Assembly (NCBI GenBank): GCA_012295275.1
Contig: CM022677.1
Span: forward strand, 5,642,001 to 5,706,000
DNA from: Chrysomallon squamiferum
Taxonomy: Eukaryota; Animalia; Mollusca
Length of the DNA stretch: 64,000 nucleotides
Direction: 5' to 3'
The notes under the pieces were generated by a model that searched no databases, was not told where the DNA came from, and saw only the letters and a list, made by a program, of their open reading frames with translations. Made by a program: the position numbers and the translations under genes. This document shows positions 1 through 21,342 of the stretch, piece after piece (the stretch's first letter is position 1; every line of letters begins with the position of its first letter).

Positions 1-1770
1 AGAGCTGACACTTGGTAAGACCAACACAAGAGAGAGTTCAGTCAGGTGGTGAAACCAATGTTTTTCTGTGGTGTTGTTTTAAAAGAGCTGACACTTGGTA
101 AGACCAACACAAGAGAGAGTTCAGTCAGGTGGTGAAACCAATGTTTTTCTGTGGTGTTGTTTTAAAAGAGCTGACACTTGGTAAGACCAACACAAGAGAG
201 AGTTCAGTCAGGTGGTGAAACCAATGTTTTTCTGTGGTGTTGTTTTAAAAGAGCTGACACTTGGTAAGACCAACACAAGAGAGAGTTCAGTCAGGTGGTG
301 AAACCAATGTTTTTCTGTGGTGTTGTTTTAAAAGTGGTTGAAACCAATGTTTTTCTGTGGTGTTGTTTTAAAAGAGCTGACACTTGGTAAGACCAACACA
401 AGAGAGAGTTCAGTCAGGTGGTGAAACCAATGTTTTTCTGTGGTGTTGTTTTAAAAGAGCTGACACTTGGTAAGACCAACACAAGAGAGAGTTCAGTCAG
501 GTGGTGAAACCAATGTTTTTCTGTGACGTTGTTTTAAAAGAGCTGACACTTGGTAAGACCAACACAAGAGTTCAGTCAGGTGGTGAAACCAATGTTTTTC
601 TGTGGTGTTGTTTTAAAAGAGCTGACACTTGGTAAGACCAACACAAGAGAGAGTTCAGTCAGGTGGTGAAACCAATGTTTTTCTGTGGTGTTGTTTAAAA
701 TAGCTGACACTTGGTAAGACCAACACAAGAGAGAGTTCAGTCAGTCAGGTGGTGAAACCAATGTTTTTCTGTGAAACCAATGTTTTTCTGTTTTGTTTTA
801 AAAGCTGAGCTGACACTTGGTAAGACCAACACAAGAGAGAGTTCAGTCAGGTAGTGAAACCAATGTTTTTCTGTGATGTTGTTTTAAAAGAGCTGACACT
901 TGGTAAGACCAACACAAGAGAGAGTTCAGTCAGGTGGTGAAACCAATGTTTTTCTGTGACGTTTTAAAAGAGCTGACACTTGGTAAGACCAACACAAGAG
1001 AGAGTTCAGTCAGGTAGGTGAAACCAATGTTTTTCTGTGATGTTGTTTTAAAATAGCTGACACTTGGTAAGACCAACACAAGAGAGAGTTCAGTCAGGTG
1101 GTGAAACCAATGTTTTTCTGTGGTGTTGTTTTAAAAGAGCTGACACTTGATAAGACCAACACAAGAGAGAGTTCAGTCAGGTGGTGAAACCAATGTTTTT
1201 CTGTGATGTTGTTTTAAAAGAGCTGACACTTGGTAAGACCAACACAAGAGAGAGTTCAGTCAGGTGGTGAAACCAATGTTTTTCTGTGACGTTTTAAAAG
1301 AGCTGACACTTGGTAAGACCAACACAAGAGAGAGTTCAGTCAGGTGGTGAAACCAATGTTTTTCTGTGACGTTTTTTGAGCTTTTCAACACAAGAGAGAG
1401 TTCAGTCAGGTAGTGAAACCAATGTTTTTCTGTGGTGTTGTTTTAAAAGAGCTGACACTTGGTAAGACCAACACAAGAGAGAGTTCAGTCAGGTGGTGAA
1501 ACCAATGTTTTTCTGTGGTGTTGTTTTAAAAGAGCTGACACTTGGTAAGACCAACACAAGAGAGAGTTCAGTCAGGTGGTGAAACCAATGTTTTTCTGTG
1601 GTGTTGTTTTAAAAGAGCTGACACTTGGTAAGACCAACACAAGAGAGAGTTCAGTCAGGTGGTGAAACCAATGTTTTTCTGTGGTGTTGTTTTAAAATAG
1701 CTGACACTTGGTAAGACCAACACAAGAGAGAGTTCAGTCAGGTAGTGAAACCAATGTTTTTCTGTGATGT
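1..1770. repeat. 83-bp tandem minisatellite (~21 copies) in the EGFR intron, each unit carrying a GTAAGA splice-donor motif
   Basis: Unit agagctgacacttg-gtaagaccaacacaagagagagttcagtcaggtggtgaaaccaatgtttttctgtggtgttgttttaaa starts at 1 and again at 84; the array runs off the left edge of the window. Confidence 0.95.
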
Positions 1771-2252
1771 TGACTTTATGGACATGTGTGGTAAGAATTA
1801 CCTTTTATTAGTTAACATGATTAACCTTATTAACTGAGTTAATTAACCTGAGTAACCAAGAAAACTAATTAACTGAAATAATTATATTTCCATTAAGTTA
1901 TTAACTGAGATAATTATAATTATCTGACTGGGTATTTGTTAACATAGCATTTAACTGAACAGCAGTCATGTTTAAAATATTAACTGAAAACATAGTTAAT
2001 TAACAAGTTAGTTCAGTGTTGAATGTCAAATTGCTGAGTGAGTGAAGTGACTAATTCACTGAGATGAGTGAAGTATTAAATATTAAGCCTGTGGTTGTGG
2101 TATGATGCTGATAAGAGAGGAGGAATGATCTGTTTTTACTGATCAGCAGGAAAAGCTATTTTATGTGGACTTTCTCATAAACAGCCTTTGATAAACCAGC
2201 TGTAGAGCTCTGGGATAGGAATTGAAAATAAGTTAACAGCTTTTACATGAGA

Positions 2253-2253
2253 A

Positions 2254-2301
<48 letters not shown>

Positions 2302-2318
2302 TATTATTATTATTATTA

Positions 2319-2375
<57 letters not shown>

Positions 2376-2480
2376 AATTATTTTTTATTATTTTTTTATT
2401 ATTATTATTTTTTTTATTAGTATTATTATTATTGTTTTATTATTATTATTATTATTTTTTTTTATTATTATTATTATTGT
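2253..2480. repeat. (TTA)n microsatellite, degenerate
   Basis: Direct inspection. Confidence 0.9.
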
Positions 2481-2522
2481 TGTGCTATTATTATTAGTAT
2501 TATTTTCTGAAATGTTTCACAG

Positions 2523-10144
<7,622 letters not shown>

Positions 10145-11571
10145 TAGTTTGTATGTTGATGTCATTCAACATTAATTTTCTCTATGTTCTTTTTTATTTT
10201 TATTTTCTCTCACTACTTTTGAAATTGTTAAAGTTAAGAAGTATTAAAGTTAAGTTTTTAAAAATAATTGTTATAAACAGATTTTTTATTTTCTTTTTTC
10301 TTCTTTCTTTTTTTTTTTCAGAATTTGAAGTTTGTTTAGAAGTCAGAAGATGGCTGAGAAACCATTACTTATTTTACCTCTTTACAGAAAAACACGTAAA
10401 GGGAGATAATTCTTTCAGTTTGTGAAAATTGCTCAGGAAAAGACTTATTACAAAAATATAGGAGTAGGTTTTGCAGTTTTGTAGAACGTGTATAGCACAC
10501 ATTTTCGTTTTAGAATTATGTCCCTTGAACACATCATACATTGTTTTTGTTTAGTTCTCAAGTGTTTCAAATTTGTTTCAATAAAAAAGTTCTTATATAA
10601 CAAATATGTTTGTGTTTTTTATATATATTGTAAATATTGTTTCTTCACATCAAATAAGAATTCTATATTTGAATTATTTTTTATTTTACTATTTTTATTT
10701 ATTAATTTAATTATTAATTAATACTATTCAAATAATAATAATTATTATTATTATTTTATTTTTATCTTATATTTTATGCATTATTTCATTACACTTAAAG
10801 TTTAAAAAGTATTAGTAATAAAAACAAAATTATGTATTGATAAAAAACAAAGAACTAAGACTGAATGAATTTTAAAATTAGTTTAATATTAATAAATTTT
10901 ACATAATTATGAAGGAGAGAGAGAGAGTGTTGTTTTTGTGTTGTTTTTATTATATCTTGGCTTATTCTTTTTCCTGTTTCTTTTCTTTTCCTTGCTTTTT
11001 CTGATTCTTGTTTCATCTTTTTCCCTTTTTTCTTCATATTTTGTTGTTTCTTTTGTTTTGTTGTTTATTCTTTCTTTCTTTTTTTCTAGTTTTCTTTCTT
11101 TCTGTTTGTCTGTAAGAGCATGTGTGTTTTTCTATTGACCACAAAAGACATTTGTTTTGTGTCGTACACAATCATAAATGATTATTCAAATACAAAAAGA
11201 TATTAAATATAGAAATGTCAGCTAAAATGTTAGAAAAATTGGAAGAGTTTACTAAATTGGATGCTAATGTAGTGATCTAGATCGAATTATTAAAGAATTT
11301 AATCCTCGGTTTGCTAAATTAATTTCCGATCAAAACCATATAGATCTATTTTCGGTATGCCAGTCACTTAATCTTCAGACCAAGTTGAGAAATGATCTGA
11401 AAAACAAATAAAAATAAAAATAATATACTCACTGACAATATCCAATCATAGCAGCATATTTGAAAGTATTTCACATTTACCTAGCAAACAGCGGGTGACG
11501 GTGTTGTTGACATCCAAACAAAGCAGAAGCAGACAACATTGCAGATTTTCATCAGACACCATTGTTACATG

Positions 11572-11574
<3 letters not shown>

Positions 11575-11652
<78 letters not shown>
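11575..11652. repeat. (CA)n microsatellite
   Basis: Direct inspection. Confidence 0.95.
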
Positions 11653-11657
<5 letters not shown>

Positions 11658-12742
11658 GACAAACATACACTAACTTAGACCCAGAGACAGAAATAGTGAG
11701 ACTCGGAGAAAAAGATGAAATTATGTGCAAGTTTTATATGCTGGACTAACATCATTTCTGTGCGTAAGTTATACAGTTTTTAGCAGCTTTGGTTTGACGT
11801 AGTTCACAAACTATCCAGTTTACAAAATTCAAAATGCTAATTGTTTCTAGAAGGTATGATATATTTAAAAAATGATATTCAGTATGTCTTAAGTTCCACA
11901 AGCACTGACATTTTTATTTTTATTGTGACACACTGTGTGAAGAAAAATTCCTCACAGACTGAGTAAATTGTTAGATCTGTCGATGATTCTCAACTGGGGT
12001 TCCACAAGAGATCTCTAGGTGTTCTGCAGTAAACAGTGACAGATACACTAATCTATTTCTGATACATTTGTGTATTATTAAATGTGTGACTGGGTGACTG
12101 AATCTTCTAGTCATCCTTGTCATTTGTTCATAGGACATTTTTACATTGATTTGTCTTAAATAAAAATACAATAATGTAATAGTTATCTGGTTTCATTCTT
12201 TTTTTATGTGTGTGTGTTTTACATATGTGATATTGGTTCTTTACATTTATTCTTTTTGTGTTGTTCACAGATGTATTATTTTTTTATTATTATTTTGTTT
12301 AATATTATTATTTAAATTTTGTAAGGTGAAATGTGTTCCAGTTAGATTAATTTAACATTAATCAATAACTGTAACTATTATGTCATGACAATACTGATTA
12401 TTCTAATATTATAATTATAACAGTAAAAGTTTGGAATGCAAATAAATAATACAGAGCTAAATACTATATTAGTATCAGCTATATTCGTAATTGCTATATT
12501 CATATTTACTATTTTCATATCCATGTTGAAATTCACTATAATTTTTGTTAAGATATATATATATATCTACATTAAAAAAATAATAATAATACAATAACAA
12601 AAATAACAAGAACATGAAATAACTACAAAGAATATAAAACAAATATATTTTTTGGTAATTGGAAGGCCACATTTTTAGGCAAAGCTAGATAAAAACTAAG
12701 AGAAATGTCATAACAGATTGGGTTGAATAGAGTACAGGCCTC

Positions 12743-13082
12743 TTGACTCAGTCTGTGAAGAAATTTTATATACATGTATGTTTTTACAGTCATACTCTGT
12801 TGACTCAGTCTATGAAGAAGTTTTATATACATGTATGTTTTTACAGTAATACACTGTTGACTCAGTCTATGAAGAAATTTTATATACATGTATGTTTTTA
12901 CAGTAATACTCTGTTGATTTAGTCTATGAAGAAGTTTTATATACTTGTATGTTTTTACAGTAATACTCTGTTGACTCAGTCTATGAAGAAATTTTATATA
13001 CATGTATGTTTTTACAGTAATACTCTGTTGACTCAGTCTATGAAGAACTTTTATATACTTGTATGTTTTTACAGTAATACTC
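12743..13082. repeat. 57-bp tandem repeat, ~6 copies
   Basis: ttgactcagtctatgaagaa...tttttacagtaatactctg recurs at 12743, 12800, 12857 and onward. Confidence 0.9.
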
Positions 13083-14544
13083 TAATCTGTTATTGCTCAA
13101 GTTTAAAAACATTCAGAGTTAATCACTGAAAATTAAAATTTAGTTATTATTATTATTGTTGTTGTTGTTATTATTATTATTTGGTATTTATTATTCTTGA
13201 ATATATCATTATTTCTTTCTTTTCTTATTTTTTAACAAGTTATCTGTAACTAAATGTTTTTCTTGATTCTTGTGTATCTTTTTCACCACATATATTTCTC
13301 TGTTTCAGGCTAAATCAAAGTTACAAAAATACCTCGTGTGGATCATTTTATCAAGTTTATGTGGAAGGCCACAAGAGATAGGAATAGCTGAATCCACTGA
13401 AAATTAACTCAAATAGATATGTTTGTACAAAGGTAAGAATTTTGAAATTCTCCAACCACAGAACTGAACATATTAGAGCTTCATTGGACCAGTTATTGGA
13501 CAACATAATTGTCGTTTTAAATTTCTTTAATTTGTAATAAAAAACAACAACAACAAAAACAGATAATAGAAATATGAAAAAATAGTATTTGATTAACATC
13601 CAGTATTAGTTTAAAACAAAAGTGTTACAGCCTTAAATACAAAATTGCAAGGTATATAATATTGAATCTTCTATTTACAAAACATATATTTATAAATGAT
13701 TGAAATAGTTATTATTGCCAGAGTAAATTCAGTGTGAATTACATGACTCTAAACTGGGTATAGTAAGTATAGATAGATATATACAGACATGTTGTAGGGA
13801 AAATATTTATTTGAAAATAACATCCAACTACCTTTTTTTACATTTCAGCATTTTGTTGATAAGACTGGACAGTTATTTCCTGACCGATGACCAGCAGATC
13901 ATTTTACTTCCCACCCACAATCAGCCAGGAAGCAACCTTCAAAAAGCAGAAGTTAAATATGGCTACTCAAGGGTAGGTTTAATTAGTTTAGCTTTGATCT
14001 GAAACATGTGCCAACCTTTTTTTTTTTTTATATCTGTTCCAGTCTTCTTCATGCATAAGTAATCAAATCAAAACTTTCATTATTTACCACAATCTACAAA
14101 GGGATAAAAGTCAGTGCTCTTGATTATTTAAATATGAGTTTTGAATATTTCTGTGGTCCAGGAAGTGACACTTTATTAATAGTTCTAATCTTTATCACTA
14201 TCTGATGATCTGTTACTTGAAAAAATAGATTTAACACCATTTTTATTTCTAACCTTTCAGGTTATGAATCATTTTTCATACTGTGTCTTTTCAGGAGAAG
14301 TCTAAAAAACATATTTGTTTTTAAAATGTTTGTAATAATAATTACAATAACCTATGATTTATTTATACTTTTTGCCATGAAGCATTTTTTTGTAAAGTAA
14401 ACAAAAATAGAGGAAAGAAGTATGTGTGAGAACAGAATGTGAAAATCAGTTGATCTAGATTTCCATGGTTACCTTTTTCACCTGGAAAAAACTACCCAGT
14501 TAATTAATACTTGAATAACAAAATTGTGTTTTTCTCTGATACAG

Positions 14545-14718
14545 GTTGTGACTTTATATCAGGTAGAAAAGATGAAGCTGATTACACTGGAGAACTTGGT
14601 ATCCATGGAGATCCTGTTGCACCCAGTGTTCAAGGACTTCATGGTAATGATTGTGTTCCTGGTCTCATGGTGTTTCCTGGTGTTTCTGATAATCCATGTC
14701 TTGGTTTCTTGTTTCTAG
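14545..14718 (+). pseudogene. Decayed collagen triple-helix exon
   Basis: GCD-FIS-GRK-DEA-DYT-GEL-GIH-GDP-VAP-SVQ-GLH-GND-CVP-GLM-VFP-GVS-DNP; splice sites acag| and |gtatgt are intact. Confidence 0.85.
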
Positions 14719-14754
14719 GTATGTAGAGTAGGAAAGTGCAGGAACATACAAGAT

Positions 14755-17572
14755 GTAGGTTGACTACTCACTTGTTTGTGTCATGTACAGGATTTGTATA
14801 GTTGACTACTCACTTGTTTGTGTCATCTACAGGATTTGTGTAGTTGACTACTCACTTGTTTGTGTCATGGACAGGATTTGTGTAGTTGACTGCTCACTTG
14901 TTTGTGTCATGGACAACTCCAGAGCACATGGACAGGATTTGTGTAGTTGACTGCTCACTTGTTTGTGACATGTACAGGATTTGTGTAGTTGACTGCTCAC
15001 TTGTTTGTGTCATGGACAGGATTTGTGTAGTTGACTACTCACTTCTTTGTGTCATGGACAGGATTTGTGTAGTTGACTGCTCACTTGTTTGTGTCTTGCA
15101 CAGGATTTGTGTAGTTGACTGCTCACTTGTTTGTGTCATGGACAGGATTTTTGTAGTTGACTGCTCACTTGTTTGTGTCATGGACAACTCCAGAGCACAT
15201 GTACAGGATTTGTGTAGTTGACTGCTCACTTGTTTATGTAATGGACAGGATTTGTGAAGTTGACTACTCACTTGTTTATGTCATGTACAGGATTTGTGTA
15301 GTTGACTACTCACTTGTTTATGTCATGGACAGGATTTGTGTAGTTGACTGCTCACTTGTTTGTGTCATGGACAAGTCCAGAGCACATAGACAGGATTTGT
15401 GTAGTTGACTGCTCACTTGTTTGTGTCATGGACAACTCCAGAGCACATGTACAGGATTTGTGTAGTTGACTGCTCACTTGTTTGTGTCATGGACAAGTCC
15501 AGAGCACATAGACAGGATTTGTGTAGTAGACTGCTCACTTGTTTGTGTCATGGACAACTCCACAGCACATAGACAGGATTTGTGTAGTTGACTGCTCACT
15601 TGTTTGTGTCATGGACAACTCCAGAGCACATAGACAGGATTTGTGTAGTTGACTGCTCACTTGTTTGTGTCATGGACAAGTCCAGAGCACATAGACAGGA
15701 TTTGTGTAGTTGACTGCTCACTTGTTTGTGTCATGGACAGGATTTGTGTAGTTGACTGCTCACTTGTTTATGTCATGGACAGGATTTTTGTAGTTGACTG
15801 CTCACTTGTTTGTGTCATGGACAACTCCAGAGCACATAGACAGGATTTGTGTAGTTGACTGCTCACTTGTTTGTGTCATGGACAACTCCAGAGCACATGT
15901 ACAGGATTTGTGTAGTTGACTGCTCACTTGTTTGTGTCATGGACAAGTCCAGAGCACATAGACAGGATTTGTGTAGTAGACTGCTCACTTGTTTGTGTCA
16001 TGGACAACTCCACAGCACATAGACAGGATTTGTGTAGATGACTGCTCACTTGTTTGTGTCTTGGACAACTCCAGAGCACATGTACAGGATTTGTATAGTT
16101 GACTGCTCACTTGTTTGTGTCATGGACAAGTCCAGAGCACATAGACAGGATTTGTGTAGTTGACTGCTCACTTGTTTGTGTCATGGACAGGATTTGTGTA
16201 GTTGACTGCTCACTTGTTTATGTCATGGACAGGATTTGTGTAGTTGACTGCTCACTTGTTTGTGTCATGGACAACTCCAGAGCACATAGACAGGATTTGT
16301 GTAGTTGACTGCTCACTTGTTTGTGTCATGGACAGGATTTGTGTAGTTGACTGCTCACTTGTTTATGTCATGGACAGGATTTGTGTAGTTGACTGCTCAC
16401 TTGTTTGTGTCATGGACAACTCCAGAGCACATAGACAGGATTTGTGTAGTTGACTGCTCACTTGTTTGTGTCATGGACAACTCCAGAGCACATGTACAGG
16501 ATTTGTGTAGTTGACTGCTCACTTGTTTGTGTCATGGACAAGTCCAGAGCACATAGACAGGATTTGTGTAGTTGACTGCTCACTTGTTTGTGTCATGGAC
16601 AGGATTTGTGTAGTTGACTGCTCACTTGTTTGTGTCATGTACAGGATTTGTGTAGTTGACTGCTCACTTGTTTGTGTCATGTACAGGATTTGTGTAGTTG
16701 ACTGCTCACTTGTTTGTGTCATGGACAACTCCACAGCACATGTACACGATTTGTGTAGTTGACTGCTCACTTGTTTGTGTCATGGACAAGTCCAGAGCAC
16801 ATGTACAGGATTTGTGTAGTTGACTGCTCACTTGTTTGTGTCATGGACAGGATTTTTGTAGTTGACAGCTCACTTGTTTGTGTCATGTACAGGATTTGTG
16901 TAGTTGACTACTCACTTGTTTGTGTCATGGACAGGATTTGTGTAGTTGACTGCTCACTTGTTTGTTTCATGGACAACTCCAGAGCACATGTCCACGATTT
17001 GTGTAGTTGACTGCTCACTTGTTTGTCATGGACAACTCCAGAGCACATAGACAGGATTTGTGTAGTTGACTGCTCACTTGTTTGTGTGATGGACAACTCC
17101 AGAGCACATGTACAGGATTTGTGTAGTTGACTGCTCACTTGTTTTTGTCATGGACAACTCCAGAGCACATGTACAGGATTTGTGTAGTTGACTGCTCACT
17201 TGTTTGTGTCATGGACAGGATTTGTGTAGTTGACTACTCACTTGTTTGTGTCATGGACAGGATTTGTGTAGTTGACTACTCACTTGTTTATGTCATGGAC
17301 AGGATTTGTGTAGTTGACTACTCACTTGTTTGTGTCATGGACAGGATTTGTGTAGTTGACTACTCACTTGTTTGTGTCATGGACAGGATTTGTGTAGTTG
17401 ACTGCTCACTTGTTTGTGTCTTGTACAGGATTTTTGTAGTTGACTACTCACTTGTTTGTGTCATGGACAGGATTTGTGTAGTTGACTACTCACTTGTTTG
17501 TGTCATGGACAGGATTTGTGTAGTTGACTGCTCACTTGTTTGTGTCATGTACAGGATTTGTGTAGTTGACTG
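14755..17572. repeat. Composite minisatellite of 42-bp and 61-bp units
   Basis: Core gacaggatttgtgtagttgactgctcacttgtttgtgtcatg with an optional 19-bp insert gacaactccagagcacat(a/g). Confidence 0.95.
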
Positions 17573-17868
17573 AATGAAACATTTTTTCTTTCTATTGAGC
17601 TGTCTTAAGTTCTTGAACTTATGGCTTAGTTTCCTGTTCTAATGTTATAAAAACTGAAGATTGAAGTAAAGGCATTGACTTTTTCGGACATGCTAAATAA
17701 ATAAACTAAAATATATATTTTCTTTAAATTCATTTCAAGCTCAAACTGTTTCTATAATTTTAGCTTTTCTCGGGATAAACATTTATTGAATGGGAAGATG
17801 GTTTAGGTTTTATAAAAACACAGAAAGAGAATTCTAATTAACAATAAAAAATTAAAATTACACTGCAG

Positions 17869-18067
17869 TTAGTGCTGTCAGCTGTTTGAGAAGATTTACA
17901 ACCATGTTTTTTTGTCCTGCAACATCAACAATGTGTGCAGCACAGCATCACAGAATGATTACAGTTATTGGCTGTCAACACTGGAGCCGATGTTGATGAT
18001 GATGATGAATCGAGTGAGAGATGAACAGACCAGGCAGACATCAGCAGTTTGTGAATCTCCAGACCCT
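17869..18067 (+). pseudogene. Collagen IV NC1 (C4) domain exon, frameshifted
   Basis: SAVSCLRRFTTM[fs][31 protein letters not shown]...AVCESP resembles the canonical [39 protein letters not shown]...CAVCEAP. Confidence 0.92.
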
Positions 18068-18645
18068 GTAAGTCCTGTACTCATTTACATAACATTAATA
18101 TTCATTACTTAATCATGAATATTCATATTTGTATTTGATTTCCATTGTTTGACTAAGTAATTGTGAATACTAAATGATATGTAAAACTGACTCATGTAGA
18201 ATGAGAATGTTAACATTTAGTAGTATTCAGTATTCATAATCAATACTTGTTTGTGAATACAATGTTTTGTGGCAGTGATTTTGTTTTTACATGATTTATA
18301 AAATGTAACTCAGTTTATGACTAATTTAAAAAGGAAATCTGCCTCTGCTCTCTAACTGAAAGAAAAATATGCATTGCAGGTATTTAAAAAATATATATAT
18401 ACTTTTTGAAATATTTACTTTATTTACTTTCTTATTTATTTCAGTTATCGGCTTTTTACTTATTTCATTCATTGCTATGCATTTACTTATTTAGCTACTT
18501 ACTTATCTCATTTGTTTCACTGGTTCTTTCTTTATTGTTGATGTTATTATTTTTTATAACTGACAATCTTTTATATACGTACATGCACACTCACACACAT
18601 TATTACTATTATTGTTATTAGTATTATTGTTAGTGCTATTGTTAC

Positions 18646-18711
<66 letters not shown>

Positions 18712-20234
18712 ATTTTAATTCCAAATTTTACTTTCAGGATCAAAAAGTGCAGGAGGCCCGATTGAGGTCAACATGTAATTTCAGTTTCATCAGCAAGGTT
18801 ATATACTGTTATATTGGGTTAATTATGAACATCAAATAAAAATAAAATAAATAATTTCTTAATGAGTAGTTCTTTAAAGATGAAATTATAATAGTAATTC
18901 TAATCATTATTTTTATCTCAGACTTTTTACATTATTATATGTTATATGATTAATGAATCATGCTAAACATTATAAGTTTAAATCTTTATAATAGTTTTAG
19001 ATTAATGATTCTATATTTTATAATATCAGTGTCCATACATTGTACCTGACATTGTATCAAGAAAAAGAATTTAATTAAATTATTTGTTATTTAGAAATGT
19101 GGAAATATATACATATCTCAACAGTTCTGTATATTTTGGTAAAAAAACACAACAAAAAACAAACAAATTATATTAATAATTTAGAAACACTGATCTCTGT
19201 ACAGTTTGTAGCTTGCCATCACATGATTTTACATCAAGAACAAAATAACTGTAATATTTACTGTTCAACATTTTACCGTTAGTAAACAAATATAGCTATA
19301 TAGTAAAGTTTTTATTTATTTTTAAATAATATTTACTATTTTAGAATTGTCAGTGTGCAAATATACTTCAACATGTCACACAGACAGACAAACAGACAGA
19401 CACACTCAAACTCACAGACACCATTAACACAAAAACACAACACACAGACACTCAGATAGTCGGACAGACACCATTAACACAAAAACACAACACACAGATA
19501 GACAGACAGACACACACACTCAAACACACAGACACCATAAACACAAACACACAACACACAGACACACAAATAGACAAACACACAGACACCATTAACACAA
19601 AAACACAAGAAGATAAATTCAGTCCTTGTGTGAAATCCATCCTGGTGTCAGGTGAGGACAAGAGTAAAATTGTTGTTAGTGATAAAATCAATAGATGTGT
19701 AAAATGTTTTTGTATAGAAAGAAAATCACTGATAAACAAACACGTGACTTCCTCTCCACTAGTCGGTCTTGCTGAATCACGTGATCAGTGGGGTGATGTT
19801 GTTGTTGTTGTTGTTGTGCCAGATGAAACTAAAATATTGTTTTTAAATATTGTTTTTAAATGGTCAGTACTTGGACATACTGACAGAGAGTGGTCAGCTC
19901 ATTAATTCTATCTCAACAGATTTGATCCCCGGACCGTACAATCTCACAGTTCACGATCAGTGTCTGAGTGTGTTGTCAAAAAAAGAAAATGTAAACAAAG
20001 TATTTTTCTTTACACGAACTAATAAATAAAGAGAATATCAGTTATTTATTTATTCTAAAATAATATAAGTTAATTTGTTTATTTTATTTTTCTTAAAGAA
20101 ACTAATAATGAAAAGTTGTTTTTTTTATTATTATTATGAATTACTTTATAGTTTAAACTTGCTAAATGTCAAACAAATTTTACTTTCAGACAAACTCTTG
20201 AAATATTCCCCCATCTTATATATATATGTATGTA

Positions 20235-20282
<48 letters not shown>

Positions 20283-20457
20283 CTTATATTTAAACTATTC
20301 TATTATTTTGTTAAGTAGTTTATTTCAAAGAAACTTGATATTTAAATATATATTTCTACATACTCCAGTGTAATAAAACAAAACTGCAATAAAATATTTA
20401 AAAGATAAAAATTAAATTCTTCAGTCATTATTTCATTTATATATAAAACTATTTACA

Positions 20458-21342
20458 TTGTTTCTTGATGTTCACCTGTCTATATGTGAAATATAAATAA
20501 TGTGTATAATATCAGTGTAGTACAAAGTAGTTGTGAAACAATGAACAGTAAACTACAATGTTTCTTGATGTTCACCTGTCTGTATGTCTGTCTGTCTGTC
20601 TGTGAAATATAAATAATGTGTATAATATCAGTGTAGTACAAAGTAGTTGTGAAACAATGAACAGTAAACTACAATGTTTCTTGATGTTCACCTATCTGTA
20701 TGTCTGTCTGTCTGTCTGTGAAATATAAATAATGTGTATAATATCAGTGTAGTACAAAGTAGTTGTGAAACAATGAACAGTAAACTACAATGTTTCTTGA
20801 TGTTCACCTGTCTGTATGTCTGTCTGTCTGTCTGTGAAATATAAATAATGTGTATAATATCAGTGTAGTACAAAGTAGTTGTGAAACAATGAACAGTAAA
20901 CTACAATGTTTCTTGATGTTCACCTATCTGTATGTCTGTCTGTCTGTCTGTGAAATATAAATAATGTGTATAATATCAGTGTAGTACAAAGTAGTTGTGA
21001 AACAATGAACAGTAAACTACAATGTTTCTTGATGTTCACCTGTTTCTTGTCTGTATGTCTGTCTGTCTGTCTGTGAAATATAAATAATGTGTATAATATC
21101 AGTGTAGTACAAAGTAGTTGTGAAACAATGAACAGTAAACTACAATGTTTCTTGATGTTCACCTGTCTGTATGTCTGTCTGTCTGTGAAATATAAATAAT
21201 GTGTATAATATCAGTGTAGTACAAAGTAGTTGTGAAACAATGAACAGTAAACTACAATGTTTCTTGATGTTCACCTATCTGTATGTCTGTCTGTCTGTGA
21301 AATATAAATAATGTGTATAATATCAGTGTAGTACAAAGTAGT
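20458..21342. repeat. ~120-bp tandem repeat (~7.5 copies) with an internal (GTCT)n tract
   Basis: tgtttcttgatgttcacctgtctgtatgtctgtctg...aacagtaaactacaa recurs. Confidence 0.92.

Larger units (their letters stand above)
13309..18067 (+). pseudogene. Type IV collagen alpha chain pseudogene (unprocessed, fragmentary)
   Basis: Decayed Gly-X-Y exons at 13309-13432 and 14545-14718 and an NC1 exon at 17869-18067; weaker remnants near 11975-12135 and 13849-13972. Confidence 0.85.

Noticed and set aside
11340-11560. Possible - strand signal-peptide exon of a head-to-head collagen IV partner
   Set aside because: The hydrophobic stretch is short, the next candidate exon has early stops, and no Gly-X-Y signal follows.
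12623-13129. ORFs with a 19-aa repeat
   Set aside because: A 57-bp unit that is stop-free by chance; no family similarity or exon support.
14755-17572. CRISPR-like repeat-spacer appearance of the 42/61-bp array and the other arrays
   Set aside because: The inserts are near-identical rather than unique spacers, there are no cas genes, and the context is eukaryotic and intronic.
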